Source: Octopus vulgaris (taxonomy: Eukaryota). Taken from it: 64,000 nt of DNA. Numbering within the stretch: the stretch's first letter is position 1; each line of letters starts with the position of its first letter. Location of the stretch: assembly GCA_951406725.2 (NCBI GenBank), contig OX597820.1, forward strand, positions 112,716,001 through 112,780,000. Direction: 5' to 3'. Below, in pieces: positions 1 to 13,125 of this stretch. The translations under genes and the position numbers were made by a program. The notes under the pieces are model-generated. The model was not told the origin of the DNA. It searched no databases and was given only the letters and a program-made list of their open reading frames with translations.

Positions 1-19
1 GTAAGGAATTTTGATAGGT

Positions 20-300
20 TTTAAATGAGATCACTTAAAGCAGGAAGTTTGTTTCATAGAACAGTAGGTAGTCTCAGGCAGATTGGTAAAAGATTGTGAT
101 TCCTTAGCAATATTTTCAATCCAGAGATTACAGTAAACTTATAAATTATGCTAGATGTTGTGTTCTTTCTTGGCATTGATATATCAAAATTGCTGTTAAG
201 AGGTGGTAGTTTACTAATTCTGTGTTTGCGGTCAGTCATACTGTGCCATTTTTTTAGTTTATTATTGGTTCTGAGACATTGTGGGCTCATGCTCAGCTGG
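20..300 (-). mobile_element. Highly decayed CR1/L2-type LINE 3' ORF2 fragment
   Basis: The minus strand reads ...PTVL*NKLPA..., resembling the conserved 'WNxLP' motif at the C-terminus of CR1/L2 ORF2 (TGG>TGA). The rest is too decayed to align by eye. Confidence 0.35.
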
Positions 301-429
301 AGCATGGATTTATATTTTGAATGAGATTCTACCTTTAAATAAAGGTATGATACTGTGTATGAAGATCAATACTAGAGAGTGGCAATATACAGGAATTGAA
401 TATGTATAGTGATATGTGAAAGTTAGAAA

Positions 430-765
430 GAAATGAAACAAGCATGCTTCACTGGATATTAGTGTGCATAAGCAATGGAGCATAAATGGTCTGAGAGAAA
501 AAACAGGGTATAAGAGGAATTAACTGTTATGTGTATAAGGCTGCACTTGTAGAGACATGTGGCACCTATAGAGGAAGAGGGTGTTGGTTCCAATTGGAAG
601 GAATCTGCAGAAGAGGAAGACAAGCTTTTAGATGAAGAACTATTTAAGTTGGTTGAACTTCTTGAATGAGATGAGAAGAAACTGCAATATGTAACAAAAC
701 ACTGTATGGGTGAAGTTTCTCAAAATTCATATCAACATAGAAAAATGGATATAAAATGATGAACT
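430..765 (+). mobile_element. Decayed RTE-clade LINE 3' end
   Basis: Fragments read SMLHW.., LREK.GIRGI, RLHL*RHV and GICRRGR, typical of the RTE C-terminus (RLRWYGHV, RGRPRKTW). It ends in a degenerate tail CATAGAAAAATGGATATAAAATGATGA, like the (TGA)n tail of the SINEs here. Confidence 0.55.
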
Positions 766-1111
766 TGCATTTGATGTTAGTATTATGCTTATATATTTGT
801 ATCTGTGTAGTTCATCTTGTTATTTTAGGGATGTCTGGACTACATTATCCATGACTTCTTTTTAAACCAATAAAAATCTGATATGGCTGATGTTTCTAGT
901 AACTCATGTGAACACACAGAGGCTTCCTTGTTGGCTCATGTGAATATATTTTTAGCTGGTGAATCAGTGGATGGCTTCAGGCTGCCATTTTTTGACCTTA
1001 ACCTACAGAAGATGGCTGGTCTGGAATGTAAGAAATTTATCAAAGTAGATGCTTAAAGACTCTGACATAAGCTATCAGAGTATTCTATATATTTTTAGGT
1101 AAGGAATTACT

Positions 1112-1715
1112 GTGACCACCCCTGAGCCACCAAATTATCTCTACTTTTCCACCATTACACATCTCACTCTTTCCCCATGTACTATATTTTCCTTTTCCCA
1201 CCTCCTACCCAACTTCATACCATCTCTCTCCCTCTCATCCTTCTCCTATCTTCTGTATTCTCATTACTATTCTGCTGCTCTTCCACCCCCATTTCTGCAC
1301 TGTCAGTCATTTCATATTCTCCCCTACCTTCCCTAACACATTGGTATCATTTGCTACCTCCATTTCTTTTCCACCATTCACTACATCCATCCCTCAACTC
1401 TACCCAATCATTACTGTTGTTACCTAATCTTTCCCACCACCTCCACTGATCCCTCAACATTTGTTCTTCATTCATTATATTCACCCCCTCACCTGCTCCC
1501 CATATCTCAACCTCCCATATACTCTTACAACCTCTACCCATCCACATCTACCTACCTCATACATTCAGTGTCCACCCTCACACCATTATTTTTATCTTTT
1601 CCAGCCTCACCTTAGTCACTCCCATTCTTTCTTCTATAATCCAAATAGCCATGTAGCTCTTCTACTTGTTCTGCTCTGGACCCTTCTTTCATACTTTAAC
1701 ACCACACCTCCTAGC
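1112..1715. repeat. C/T-rich, G-poor low-complexity tract
   Basis: About 600 nt with very few G on the + strand (ccacc, ctctc, ttccc runs). It produces the spurious ORFs at 1112-1748. Confidence 0.7.
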
Positions 1716-1744
1716 ATAAAGCTGACTCCCTTGAGGGTGGGGTC

Positions 1745-1958
1745 ATAGTCTTGAAAGGTATATGGTGGTACCACTAGAGCTGCTGTTATGAAAAAAAGTA
1801 CCCAGTACATATTGTAAATTGGTTAGTGTTTAGAAAGGAATCCAGCAGCAGAAATCATGCCAAAACAGATATTGGAGCCTGATGCACTCTTTGGACCCAT
1901 CAAATCCTCCAACCCATGCTAGCATGGAAGATGGACGTTAAATAATGATAATGATGAA
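1745..1958 (+). mobile_element. RTE-tailed non-autonomous SINE-like element (degenerate)
   Basis: GGTTAGTGTTTAGAAAGGAATCCAGC domain plus 3' tail AACCCATGCTAGCATGGAAGATGGACGTTAAAT(AATGAT)n. Confidence 0.8.
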
Positions 1959-2265
1959 TTAAATAACTTGTCCTCTGAAGACAAGGCTATTGTAATTTAA
2001 TGTTTTTGTTTAATTCTATTCAGTTGTCACCTATTGAAACCTTGACAAGCGATAGAAAATCTTCTTCTGTGATTATGTAATATTGTAAAATTAGATGGGC
2101 AACTTACATCCCATAATCCTCAAGATGAAGAATATAATGTCTTTTTAATTCTTTTTCCATGAATAGAGCTCTGGGAACTCTGCCGAAGTTTAACTGAGGA
2201 CATTTTTTTTCCCTTCTATATTTCTAACAACATAATAAAAGTATAAGATGGAGCTAATGAAGAAG

Positions 2266-2630
2266 GTAGAAGAAGAAGAAGAAGAAGAAGAAGAAGAAGA
2301 AGAAGAAGAAGAAGAAGAAGAAGAAGAAGGAGAAGAAGAAAAAGGAGAAGAAGAAGAAGAAGAAGAAGAAGGAGAAGAAAAAGAAGAAGAAGAAGAAGGT
2401 AGAAGAAGAAGGAGAAGAAGAAGAAGAAAAAGAAGAAGAAGAAGGAGGAGGAGGAGGAGGAGGAGGTAAAAGAAGAAGAAAGAGAAGAAGAAAAAGAAAG
2501 AGGAGGGGGAGAAGAAGGAGGAGGAGGAAAAGGAAGAGAAGGAAGAAGAGGAGGAGATGGAGGAAGAGAAGGAGGAGAATAAGGAGGAGGAGGAGGAAAA
2601 GAAAAGGAAGAAGAGAGAAAGAAAGTAAAA
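2266..2630. repeat. (GAA)n/(GGA)n polypurine microsatellite
   Basis: About 360 nt of nearly pure purine trinucleotide repeats, and the source of the polyE/polyR/polyS ORFs. Confidence 0.97.
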
Positions 2631-3737
2631 TATCAAAAATTAGAGTTCTATTGGGAAGATGGAGAAGGTTATAAGGCATGTCAAAAGAATGTCACATATG
2701 GAAATTCTAAAGACTAAAATGAAGGCTCGAAATTAACTGAACTAAATGAAAAAGAGAGAAAAAAATTTTAATCAACTTATTAACATTTCAAATACGTCAA
2801 CGACCATGAAAGTATAATGCATGTGGTGCACCTGTGTTTCAAGTTAGTTGCAGCTCTTTGTATGAAAATTGAAGCTGTCACTCACTGCATACAAACACAC
2901 ATCTAAGTATATATGTGAATATGTGTATGAATATGTATATATATATATATATGTTCATTCACATACATATATGTTTACAGATATATATGTATGTGTGTAT
3001 ATATTACTTCCCCATAGAGATTTATACAGACACGCATCTGTATAGTGCTCTATGCTACGATTTGATGTTATTCTTTCTTAGCAATGTATTCTTGTGAATG
3101 GGTGTATATATGTATATGTATGCATACTTATATATTGTGTCACCAAATTACATATAATAATGCAAGCACATATACAGAGACACTCATACACACATACTTG
3201 CAAACAAACACTCTCTATGCTATAGATTGATGTTTTTACTGGCCATGTCTTCTCTTCAACTCTGGGATCCCCTCCACTAGACCTAGACACATGTAGCCAT
3301 CAACAACCACTTGTAGAACATTGTTATTACAGAGGTAAATCAGAAGCGAAAAATTAAAAAGTATAGTGACATGAAGTGAAAATAGTGAGAAGGATGTAAT
3401 AGAGAAGTTAATTAAAATTCAGAAAATGCTATCAGCAACATCCAAGTAGGATAACAGAAAACAGACATTACAATGTCAATGAGAATTATACAACTTCCTG
3501 ATTTTCTCTTTCCTTGAAATTTCATGTCTGGCTGCATTCTTCTATGAAAGCATTATTTGTCTTCAAGTTTATCAAAGTGAAGATTAGCTTTGTAGTTCCA
3601 CCTGCTTTTATGGCACTGAACTCTGTCTCCCCATGGAAACTACTGTGTTTGCCAGCGTATGGAACTTACTCTTGTGTAAGATACACCACTATTTTACAAG
3701 TACCATTCTCATTTTTTAATGTCCATGCTCCATAATA

Positions 3738-3952
3738 ATTTCAAATTTTGGTACAAGGCCGGCAATTTCAAGAGAGAGGAGTGAGTCAATTAAATCAACC
3801 CCGGTGTCTAACTGAAACTTATTTTATTGACCCCAAAAGGATGAAAGGCAAAGATGACCTTCATAGAATTTGAACTCAGAACATAAAGATCGATGAAATG
3901 CCATTAAGCATTTTACCCAACATGCTACCAATTCTGCTGGCTCACCACCTTC
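3738..3952 (-). mobile_element. tRNA-derived SINE with GCCTTTCATCC...GGGGTC-ATAAA core (Meta-type domain)
   Basis: Matches the family copies at 20698, 43385 and 58150. Pol III B-box-like GAGTTCAAATTC on the minus strand. Confidence 0.85.
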
Positions 3953-4482
3953 GTGATTCAAATTTGCCGGTGACATTTAGTCTTCCATCTCTAATACAGC
4001 TGCATTAGACAATTGCTTTCTTAATGTATATTTAAAAAATGAGTGTGTTTTATACGCCAGCAAATACAGCATTTGTCTCTAAATAAATTAAGCCATTGAA
4101 AAACATATCCATCTGATAGGGACACTGTGTAGTTCCTGTATGGCGATGGTGATCGTGTTTAGTTAGAAGACTGGTGCCTTATTGACTTGTTAATCTCTTA
4201 CTCTTATTCTTTAATTGGTTGGCACATGTCAATGGGAATGCGGCAAGCATTGATTGGTTGATTGGTCAGTTAGACATTTATTAAGTGATTTTAAATCTTC
4301 AATCAAACATTGGCAGTTGTTCTTGGCAAAATGACAGCAGTCCTTTTGGTCAGCAATCTCAAAGAGTGAAGGCAGTGAACTTGAGTCACTTTGGCCATTG
4401 AACTCAGCATAAAAGTAATTTCTAATTTCAGGATTTATGTATTCAAACATCTCAGATCTTTCTCAGTGACAAATATCTGACT

Positions 4483-4900
<418 letters not shown>

Positions 4901-5639
4901 TAAGATAAATATAGTAATAACAATAATAATCCTTGGATGGAATTTATAAATATTTTAAAGCATCGCTACACGCGTTTCCACAAATTACATGTTTCTTAAG
5001 ATCATAGTCCATATTCCTGGGATCATTACAGTTATAGTCCATAGTATCCATGGACATTGGGTAGATCATGTTCATGCATTCATTTCTTTGGGATATATAA
5101 TTGGTACAACAAACAGATTTAATGGAACTCAACCTTTTATTATCTTTTAAAGTCTCTCTCTCTCTCTCATGCACACACATACACATATACTCTAATTGTT
5201 TTGGATGCTTAATTCTGAATTATGCATCTGGAAGGTCAGGTAAATTTTTCCCCTAAACCTTGAAATTTCAGACTGAACCAAAGTGTTAATAGAAATACTT
5301 AAACTCCTTGATGCCATATGTCGATGACTTTTTGTTACCTTTATATACCTCTCTGTATGTATGCATATACATATACATATGTGTTTAGAAATGCATAACA
5401 TGCTATCAATTTGAATTGACAATCTAACAATCTAGCGCCTTGAAATGTTGGTTCCACTTGTGACATTGCATACAATTCAAAGAATCTTCTCAATAAACCT
5501 GTTGTTACACTAAAAATATCTCCACAAGAGTTCTTACCAATTTGAAACAAACTCTTTGTTTAAAATCATTTGGCATGAAATTTTACATATACCTATTTCA
5601 TTAGAAGCTTGATGGCTAGGCAGGCAACAATTTCCATGA

Positions 5640-5880
5640 ATCTCTGCACACATTTTGACAGTGTGATTGTCATCTGTTGTGGAATATTCTCCAGATTGTC
5701 TTTGATAGATGTTCTCTGAACGCTGGCACTACATGTGATATCAAGTTTTGCTCAAAGAATCCTTTCCCATAGAAATATCTCTGCAAAACGTTTTACTAAT
5801 TTGAAATAGAATTTTGTACAAACATGCTGTTCTTCTAAGCTGTTCTTTGTCCAATAATTCCTGCAACATACACACAAAGG
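5640..5880 (-). mobile_element. Mariner transposase N-terminal (HTH) remnant
   Basis: The minus strand reads LEEQHVCTKFYFKLVKRFAEIF, resembling the mariner N-terminus EQRxCIKFCFKLGK. Confidence 0.6.
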
Positions 5881-6896
5881 AACTAAAGATGTGTTCACTC
5901 CAACTTGTGTTGAGTGATGGTTGGTATGCAATGATGTGTCTATTGTTAGATTAAAGATTAAGGCCACATATACACATCCCTACAATGCAGAGCACACAGC
6001 ATCTTTTAGTTGGCTTGCTGTTATAAAAGCATGGTTTCTTTTTGGACAGGTGTATGTGTGTGTGTGTGTGATTCCATGATTGTGTCTGTTTCAACCCAGA
6101 AAAGAGACATGATTGAGTGGAGAAGATATTGACTTGAGTGGATGTTTAATGTAGCAGCTAAATACATAGGAATTCGTATGAACTATTTAGACTTCGTAAA
6201 TTTGTTGATGGTTTTAATGAGGTACACGAAAAATATCTCATTCTCACTTGAATTGGCAGCTGGGTCAAAGTCAACTGTAAGAAAACTAAGGGGGAAAAAA
6301 GCAAAGTAAAAGAAAGAAACAAACAAACAAAAATTGAATACACATGCAAATACATGCACACACACTCACACAAACTGCTTTAAGAAATCCTCAAATGAAA
6401 CAAGCAATTTACAGGGTAATTACAAATAAGCTGATAGCTTGGAAAAATGCAATTAAAAACTGTGCAAAGATTGCAAAAAATTTGCTTAGCTATGTTGAAT
6501 ATTGAACCTAAAAGCTGCTAGTTAAGATAGCAGTTGAATTGTAGAGAGTCAGGCACTTAACAGTGATCATTCATATGGATTCTGTTTATAATTGCTATTT
6601 CACTGCAATTTAAATAAGCTTGGACATAGAGACTAGTGAGGGATATCTTGGTTGATACACAGTAAGTGAAAGGGAGATATGTGTGATATATGTCAGTTAT
6701 GCAGTTAGCTTGATGAGAGGAACAGAGTCCATTGAGGAAGCAATAAAAAAGGGCAAAGAAGTGAAGAGACAGCTTGTATGTAAGCTGTCGTGAATTTTTT
6801 CCAATAAGTAAAATGGCTTTTATTTTATTTTTTCCTTTGTTTTTAGATATTTGTATATAGTAGTAGCACCATCTTCTCTCTCTCTATATATATATA

Positions 6897-7292
6897 TCAT
6901 CATCACATAACAATAATTTTCCCATGATTTTGTGGGTCAGATAAATTGTGCTGACGCAGATTTTCTAAAGCTGGATGCCCTTCCTTTTGCCAATCCTTAC
7001 ATGTTTCTAAAATAAGGTTTCTCCTTGGTCAGACATATTTTTCATGGAAGACAGAAAATGAACATCACTTGTATAACAGTGATGCTCACTCACAATCTTC
7101 ACATGATAGTAAGTCAAGGGTACACACACACACACACAACTGATTTCTTTGAATGTCCAACCACCAAATCAGCTCAAAGTTTTGGTTGACCTGAGGTTAT
7201 TGTAGAAGACACTTGCTCAAAGTCACATGGTGTGGACTGAACCCAAGGCCACATAGTTGGAAAGCAAGATTCTTAACCACACAGCTATATCT
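6897..7292 (-). mobile_element. tRNA-derived SINE with RTE-type tail
   Basis: Head GCTGTGTGGTTAAG...GGGTTCAGTCC on the minus strand, a GGAAGGGCATCCAGC domain and a (TGA)n tail. Confidence 0.8.
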
Positions 7293-7321
7293 GCTCTTAT
7301 ATATATATATATATATATATA

Positions 7322-7525
7322 TAGGGAGAGTTTACGAAAAAAACAAAAGACGAAGACAGGTGGTGTACAAAACAAACAGATGTATTAGTATAACGCTCAG
7401 GAATAGAAAGTCTTTTACGTTTTGAGCCTACTTTCTTCTACAGAAAGGGATGCAGAAAAAACAAGGAGAGAAAAAAATGTGTGTAGTGGCTAACCATCTA
7501 TCATGGCGATATTGGGTAGATCACA

Positions 7526-7527
<2 letters not shown>
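7322..7527 (-). mobile_element. (TA)n-embedded Penelope-like terminal-repeat remnant with degenerate minimal hammerhead
   Basis: Flanked by (TA)n on both sides. Minus strand 7447-7412 reads CTTT-CTGTAGA-A-gaaagtaggctc-AAAA-CG-TA-AAAG. It shares ACGCTCAGGAA and this layout with 46909-47045. Confidence 0.55.
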
Positions 7528-7574
<47 letters not shown>

Positions 7575-10500
7575 ATGTGTATGTGTGTGTCATTGAGCAG
7601 CACTCCAATAGAAGTCCTACTTGAACTGTGAGTGTAGGTCAGCAAACTGATTCACAATATATTTGCCTGTAGTTTGGAAAACATTAGGTAACCACTAAAT
7701 CTCTTTTGTTTGGTTTAGGTCAAATAGTCTCCATAAAAAGTATATCAGAAAATAACATCTTATATCTTTTCATGTTTAAAGAAGGGTTATATTTTAAATA
7801 ATATGAAATCAATGAATCATAGTGTAATGATAATATTAGTAATTGGCAGCATGATTCCATGGCCAATCACTGATAATGATGGAGTAGGGCAATGAAAAAT
7901 ATTGTAAAAATAATGAAGGTGGGAAATATTCAAGAAATGCTTGATAAAGAATAGAAAGATAAGTTTTAAAAGAAAAAAACTGTCAGAGATGGAAGTAAAT
8001 TCCCAGATGGTGTCATGTTTGAAATTTGATTAAGGCAACTTTAGTAATGTCCACACAATCTCCGTGCTGTATAAAATGATAGGATGAATACTGTAATTTC
8101 ATAACATGTTATAAAGAAAATAACGAAGTACTTTACTGCCGTTTTCTTAAGTGAAATGTGTTTAAGAGATTTACATAAGTCTGCTCTATTGAGTTAGATA
8201 GATAAATGTTTCTTTCTATATTTTTTTTTATGGTTGGTTAACTTTATTATTATTACATTGTTAAACATTCAATCCTAAAACAGGAGATAACATTTAATAT
8301 TCTAGCTTCTTTAATGCACTTCATTGAAGAGGATGAAGGTTTTTGTATATCTTACTTCAAAGAAGATGAGACGAAATTCTGATCCTGTTCTAGACCACAA
8401 GAGTGGAATTGACATATTGAAAGTTTAACTGGCAACAGTTGTAGATTTAATCTTGAGTTTAATGCAGCTTAGAAATGAAGTGAATTTACAATTTGTTGTA
8501 GGGGTTGTTATTATGTTGTTGATAATAAGCAATTAGGGTAAGAAGCTGCATTTGTGGACAGAGATGTACAAACAAAAGAATATATATTTCAATACATTGG
8601 TCATATTTATTCATATCTTATTTATATCTTTATTTATATCTTATTTATATCTTATTTATTTATATCATACAAAAATGTAGTTATATAATGCTAAAACAGA
8701 CATCGGAGCTTGACACAGCCCTCTGGCTATTGGACCCTGTTGAACTATCCAAACCATTCTGGTATGGAAGATGCACAATGGACATTAAATGATGATGAAC
8801 AGAACTTGAAAAACCAAGTGTTTGGCAATGCAGTGGTTCTTTATTTTATTTTGCGAGTATGGATGGCCAAACAAATAGGGTGGTAGACAACCACTCAGTA
8901 TTAGTGAATTATATCACACCTGAGTTAATGGATTTTGTCTGTGAAAAAGACATTTAACTTTCTAATTGCATAGTCAATTTAATGAAAATAAGCACCATAA
9001 GGTATGAATAAACAACAACAGAAGCCGGAACAGCAGTTTGATAAATGAGTCAATAGATTGTAGTACTAAATTTAATTGCTTTTGCTATTAGGTTCAGACT
9101 CTAGCTCGAATTATGGGCTGCATATAATGGATGGTATACAACAGACTAATACCATGCTGTACCCATTACAGATATAGCTGCCCTCACTAACTTCTGCATA
9201 TTTAGCATCTGTAAAAGGTTAGCATCTTTTCAAAACTGATACATTTTTCTCTCTGGCCCTGAAGAAAGAGCATCTCTTTTGGAAATACCTGATAGAGGAG
9301 ATAGTTTTTCTTATCTTAGAATTAATATCCAACAGTGTTTGCCTTCAATTCTTCATGATGTAAATACAAGCATATTTTCTTTTGTAAACTCTCAAATTTG
9401 GAAATTCTGGTGTAATGTTTGGCAGAACTAAACTGATCTTTCCATTTATTTCTAGCCACATATTTCATTAAGATGTTTTCTATGGTTGCTTTAGAAATTA
9501 AATTTTAAAGGTTTAATTATTTAAGATAGTTTCAAACAACAGCAAAACTGAATTCTAAGATTAGAATGTTATTTGGTATAGTATCTCATCTCTTTTTTTT
9601 AGCTGTCATGATAAATTCTCATTTTCCTCTCTTCATACAATTAAGTTAGTAAATATACACACATGTTAACACATAGAAAAACACATACAGAAGAGTGGAG
9701 GCAATCATAGCCCTTGCATTTCTACAGATGATTTTCAAATCTTACAAGAACTATTAAATGTCAGTGTGCAGGTATTTATTTTTCATTATTTTTTTTAACT
9801 TTTAAAACTTTATTATTGGTATATTTTTAAGTAGAACATAAGTGTTAGATAAATTTTTTCCATTGTATCTTCTTGACTTTAGCATAAATGTTTGTTTAAT
9901 TTTCATTTTCAATAAATGTATATTTTTTTTCAAAATTCAAGGAAGAACAAGTAATATGAGATTTAAAATTCAAATTATATTAGCCAATTATTATTATTTT
10001 TTAGAGAAACGTCCATTATTGTTTTCATTCAAGTATCTGATTTCAAAGTTAATGGGAAAATGATGTCTTTCTTGAGAGTAAAAAGCAACTAGATAAAATC
10101 ATCAATAATTCACTCCAGAAGAAATGAATTATAGATAATAATGAGAAATTTTTTCCCAATGTCATGGATAATTCTTACAGCAATTGGCATCAGGTATACA
10201 ATTTCTACAAGATGAAGAAAACTAGTATATAGGTAGAATATTTCTACACATAATACAAATGCAAAAAATTCTGACACTATATTTTATGTCATGAAAAGAA
10301 ATTGTCATATCACAAGCAGGAAACAATTTCTATTTTATGTAATGTACTGGTATATACTTTATGCAGTATGTTATGTACAGGTTGGTATTATAGAGACGTG
10401 TTATAAGACTAAAGAATTTTTACAACGCATGGAGTATTTGTTGACATTCGTAAAAGAAAAGGACTGTTCTTAGATATCTTTAAAAATAATCTTGTCATGG

Positions 10501-10630
10501 TTTAGAATATGTATGTATGTCATTATTCAGTTATTTCAAGATTTCTTGCCAATAGAGAAAGAACTGATCCAAAGCTCCTTCATTGGAATTCCAGCATCAA
10601 CAACAGGGTATTTTGTTTGTTTGTTTGTTT

Positions 10631-10708
10631 GTATGTATGTATGTATGTATGTATGTATGTATGTATGTATGTATGTATGTATGTATGTATGTATGTATGT
10701 ATGTATGT
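10631..10708. repeat. (TATG)n microsatellite
   Basis: Directly visible. Similar arrays lie at about 19608-19740 and 32081-32190. Confidence 0.98.
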
Positions 10709-11364
10709 TTCCTTAAATACTGAAACAAACACGAAAAAATATAAACTTAGCTACCATTAACCTCAAGTGGATGTTGGTATAATAATGATAAGTACAAATA
10801 ATTTAGATCTCACCAAATTCTCACCGGATGTAATAGTTTGTACTTACCTAAAAAATAAGAATAAAAGAAAAATTATTAGTGAAATTCATAACAAAAATAA
10901 ACAATATTGAAGAGAAGCTGACATCATTATATGTATTTTTTTAAGGAAATATATGTTCTAGAAAGTTTTATTCATATTATTTTTAATGAAAAAGGAAATG
11001 GAAAACCTGAAAGTGATAAATGACACTGAGTATAATTATAATTACTGCACGGAATGTTAAATAATTTTGATCACTTTAACCCCTTTGTTACCAAATTTCT
11101 GCTAGTCTTTGCTTTAATTGATTTTGAAAATAAGGAAAAGTTTAGTGAAAAAACTTTGTTATTATTTGGTTGTTCCAAAAATAATGGCCTCTCTAAGTGT
11201 TGTGTTTTGAAACGCAATTTTAAAATAGTATTTTAATTATATTTTAGGTGAATTTCAACATACTTAATAATTGATTTATGCTCTTTAATAATTCTATACT
11301 TATTTCAGACAGAAAACATTCCTGAAGCATAGGCACCCTTAATTATGAACATGACAAAAAAGTT

Positions 11365-12155
11365 CCAAACTGCTGCCAATATCAACAGATCATGGGAATA
11401 GGGGTCCACAAGTGATCGCACAGTACAAAAGTGGTTTCAGAAATTCCATAGTGGTGCTGAGAACCTTGAAGATGAAGAAGGTAGAGGATGGTCATGCAGT
11501 CTTGACAATGAACAATTGAAAGCAATTGTTGAACAAAACCCACATCAAAGTGTCAGAGAAATGTCTCAGGCACTTGGTGTCAGTATTGCAACGGTCTCAC
11601 GCAATCTGCAGAAGATTAGTGAGGTGAAAAAGTTTGATAAATGGGTACTGCATGAGCTCAAGGAAAATCAAAAAGTTCAGTGTTTTGAAGTGTGCTTGAT
11701 GCTCTTTTTGCAAAACACCAATGATCCTTTTCTTGACCAAATAGTCTCTTGTGATGAAAAGTGGATCTTTTATGATAACCGTAAATGATCAGCTCAGTGG
11801 CTTGATCATGAGTTCCCCAAACATTTCCCCAAGCCAAAGTTGCATCAGCAAAAGATTATGGTGACTGTCTGGTGGTCTGCAATCGGAGTTGTCCGTTACA
11901 ACCTTCTGGAAGCCACTTACAAAAAATGAGACCTGCATTGTTGAACTGGTGTGGCCCAATTCTGCTCCACGATAATGCAAAGCCACATGTTGCAAGAATG
12001 ATGCTGCAGAAACTCACAGACTTGGGATATGAGACTTTACCACATCCTCCATATTCCCCTGATCTTTCACCCACTGACTACCATTTTTTAAAGCATTTAA
12101 ACATGTTTTTAAGTGATAAAACTTTCAGGTCCAAATCGAAGGTGGAATCAGCTAG
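11365..12155 (+). mobile_element. Mariner (DD34D) transposase pseudogene
   Basis: Reads TVQKWFQKF..LEDEEGRG, WVLHEL (cf. WVPHEL), CDEKW, HDNAKPH and YSPDLSPTD, with 34 residues between the second and third D. It has in-frame stops, a frameshift and internal deletion near 11910, and no intact TIRs were seen. Confidence 0.95.
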
Positions 12156-12746
12156 CAGGATTTGAACTCCCAATGAAGAGAGCAGGAATGAATAACACAA
12201 ATTATTTTTTAAGATGCTTTAAATGATTCTGTCAAATTGCTGCTTGTATAGTAAGAACAATGATGGTGATGATAATGATAATAATAATAATAATCATACA
12301 AGTTAAAAAATATTGATTTACACAAGAGAGTAGCCATATTCTTGTGAATGCTATAAAACATGTTCAGTGACTGCAGGTATTACACGATTCAATGGATGAG
12401 GAACTGAGAAATTTTTGCTTTGAAAGAAAACATCATAGGTATTTTTATGTAATATTAATATTCTTCCTTTTGTTTATAAATTTACAGGAAACTTTAGGTG
12501 TGTGTTTGTTTTTAAGGGAGTTTATCTTAACAGGAATAACTTTTGAAAGGGGTTGCATTTGTTGATAGGTTTTGTGAACATTGTTTGTATTATGTACACA
12601 TGAATTACTAGCTCTATCTCAGTCATCGTAATAATCCTAGAGTCAAGGAACCAACAGAAATTTTGGCACAATGTCAAAATAGAAATTATTGCAGAATCTG
12701 GTTTGTGCAAGTGTATACTACAACATCAACATCAGCAGCAGTAGCA

Positions 12747-13125
12747 GTGGAGGTGCAATGGCCCAATGGTTAGGGTAGCAGACTCGTGGTCGGAGGATCG
12801 CGGTTTCAATTCCCAGACTGAGCGTTGTGTGTGTTTATTGAGCAAAAACACCTAAAGCTACACGAGGCTCCGGCAGGGGGTTTGGGGTGTGGCGACCCCT
12901 GTTGTATTCTTTCGCTCCAACTTTCTCTCACTCTTTCTTCCTGTTTCTTGTCCCCGTCTTCCTACGCAACTGCTGAGCCTGGATGCGCATTCATCCAACC
13001 ATCGATGCTCTCGGTGTCGGGGGTTGACCTGCTTTCTCTTCTGCGGGTCTTATGAATAGCAAAGGACCACGTTTCAGACTTCTCCCACTGCGAGCTCTGG
13101 GATGAAGACCATTCACTCAACAGCA
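12747..13125 (+). mobile_element. tRNA-Arg-related cephalopod SINE (OR/OK-type)
   Basis: A-box TGGCCCAATGG, anticodon-like GACTCG, B-box GTTTCAATTCC, central GTGTTTATTGAGCAAAAACACCTAAAGC domain and a (CAA/CAG)n end. Confidence 0.9.

Noticed and set aside
2190-2679. PolyE/polyR/polyS ORFs
   Set aside because: They are translations of the (GAA)n/(GGA)n repeat.
9248-9300. CTGAAGA-AAGAG cat CTCTT-TTG-GAAA
   Set aside because: There is no UH cleavage site or convincing stems I/III. It is too degenerate to call.
11365-12155. Domesticated SETMAR-like gene
   Set aside because: Stops, a frameshift, an internal deletion and no SET domain indicate a dead mariner copy.
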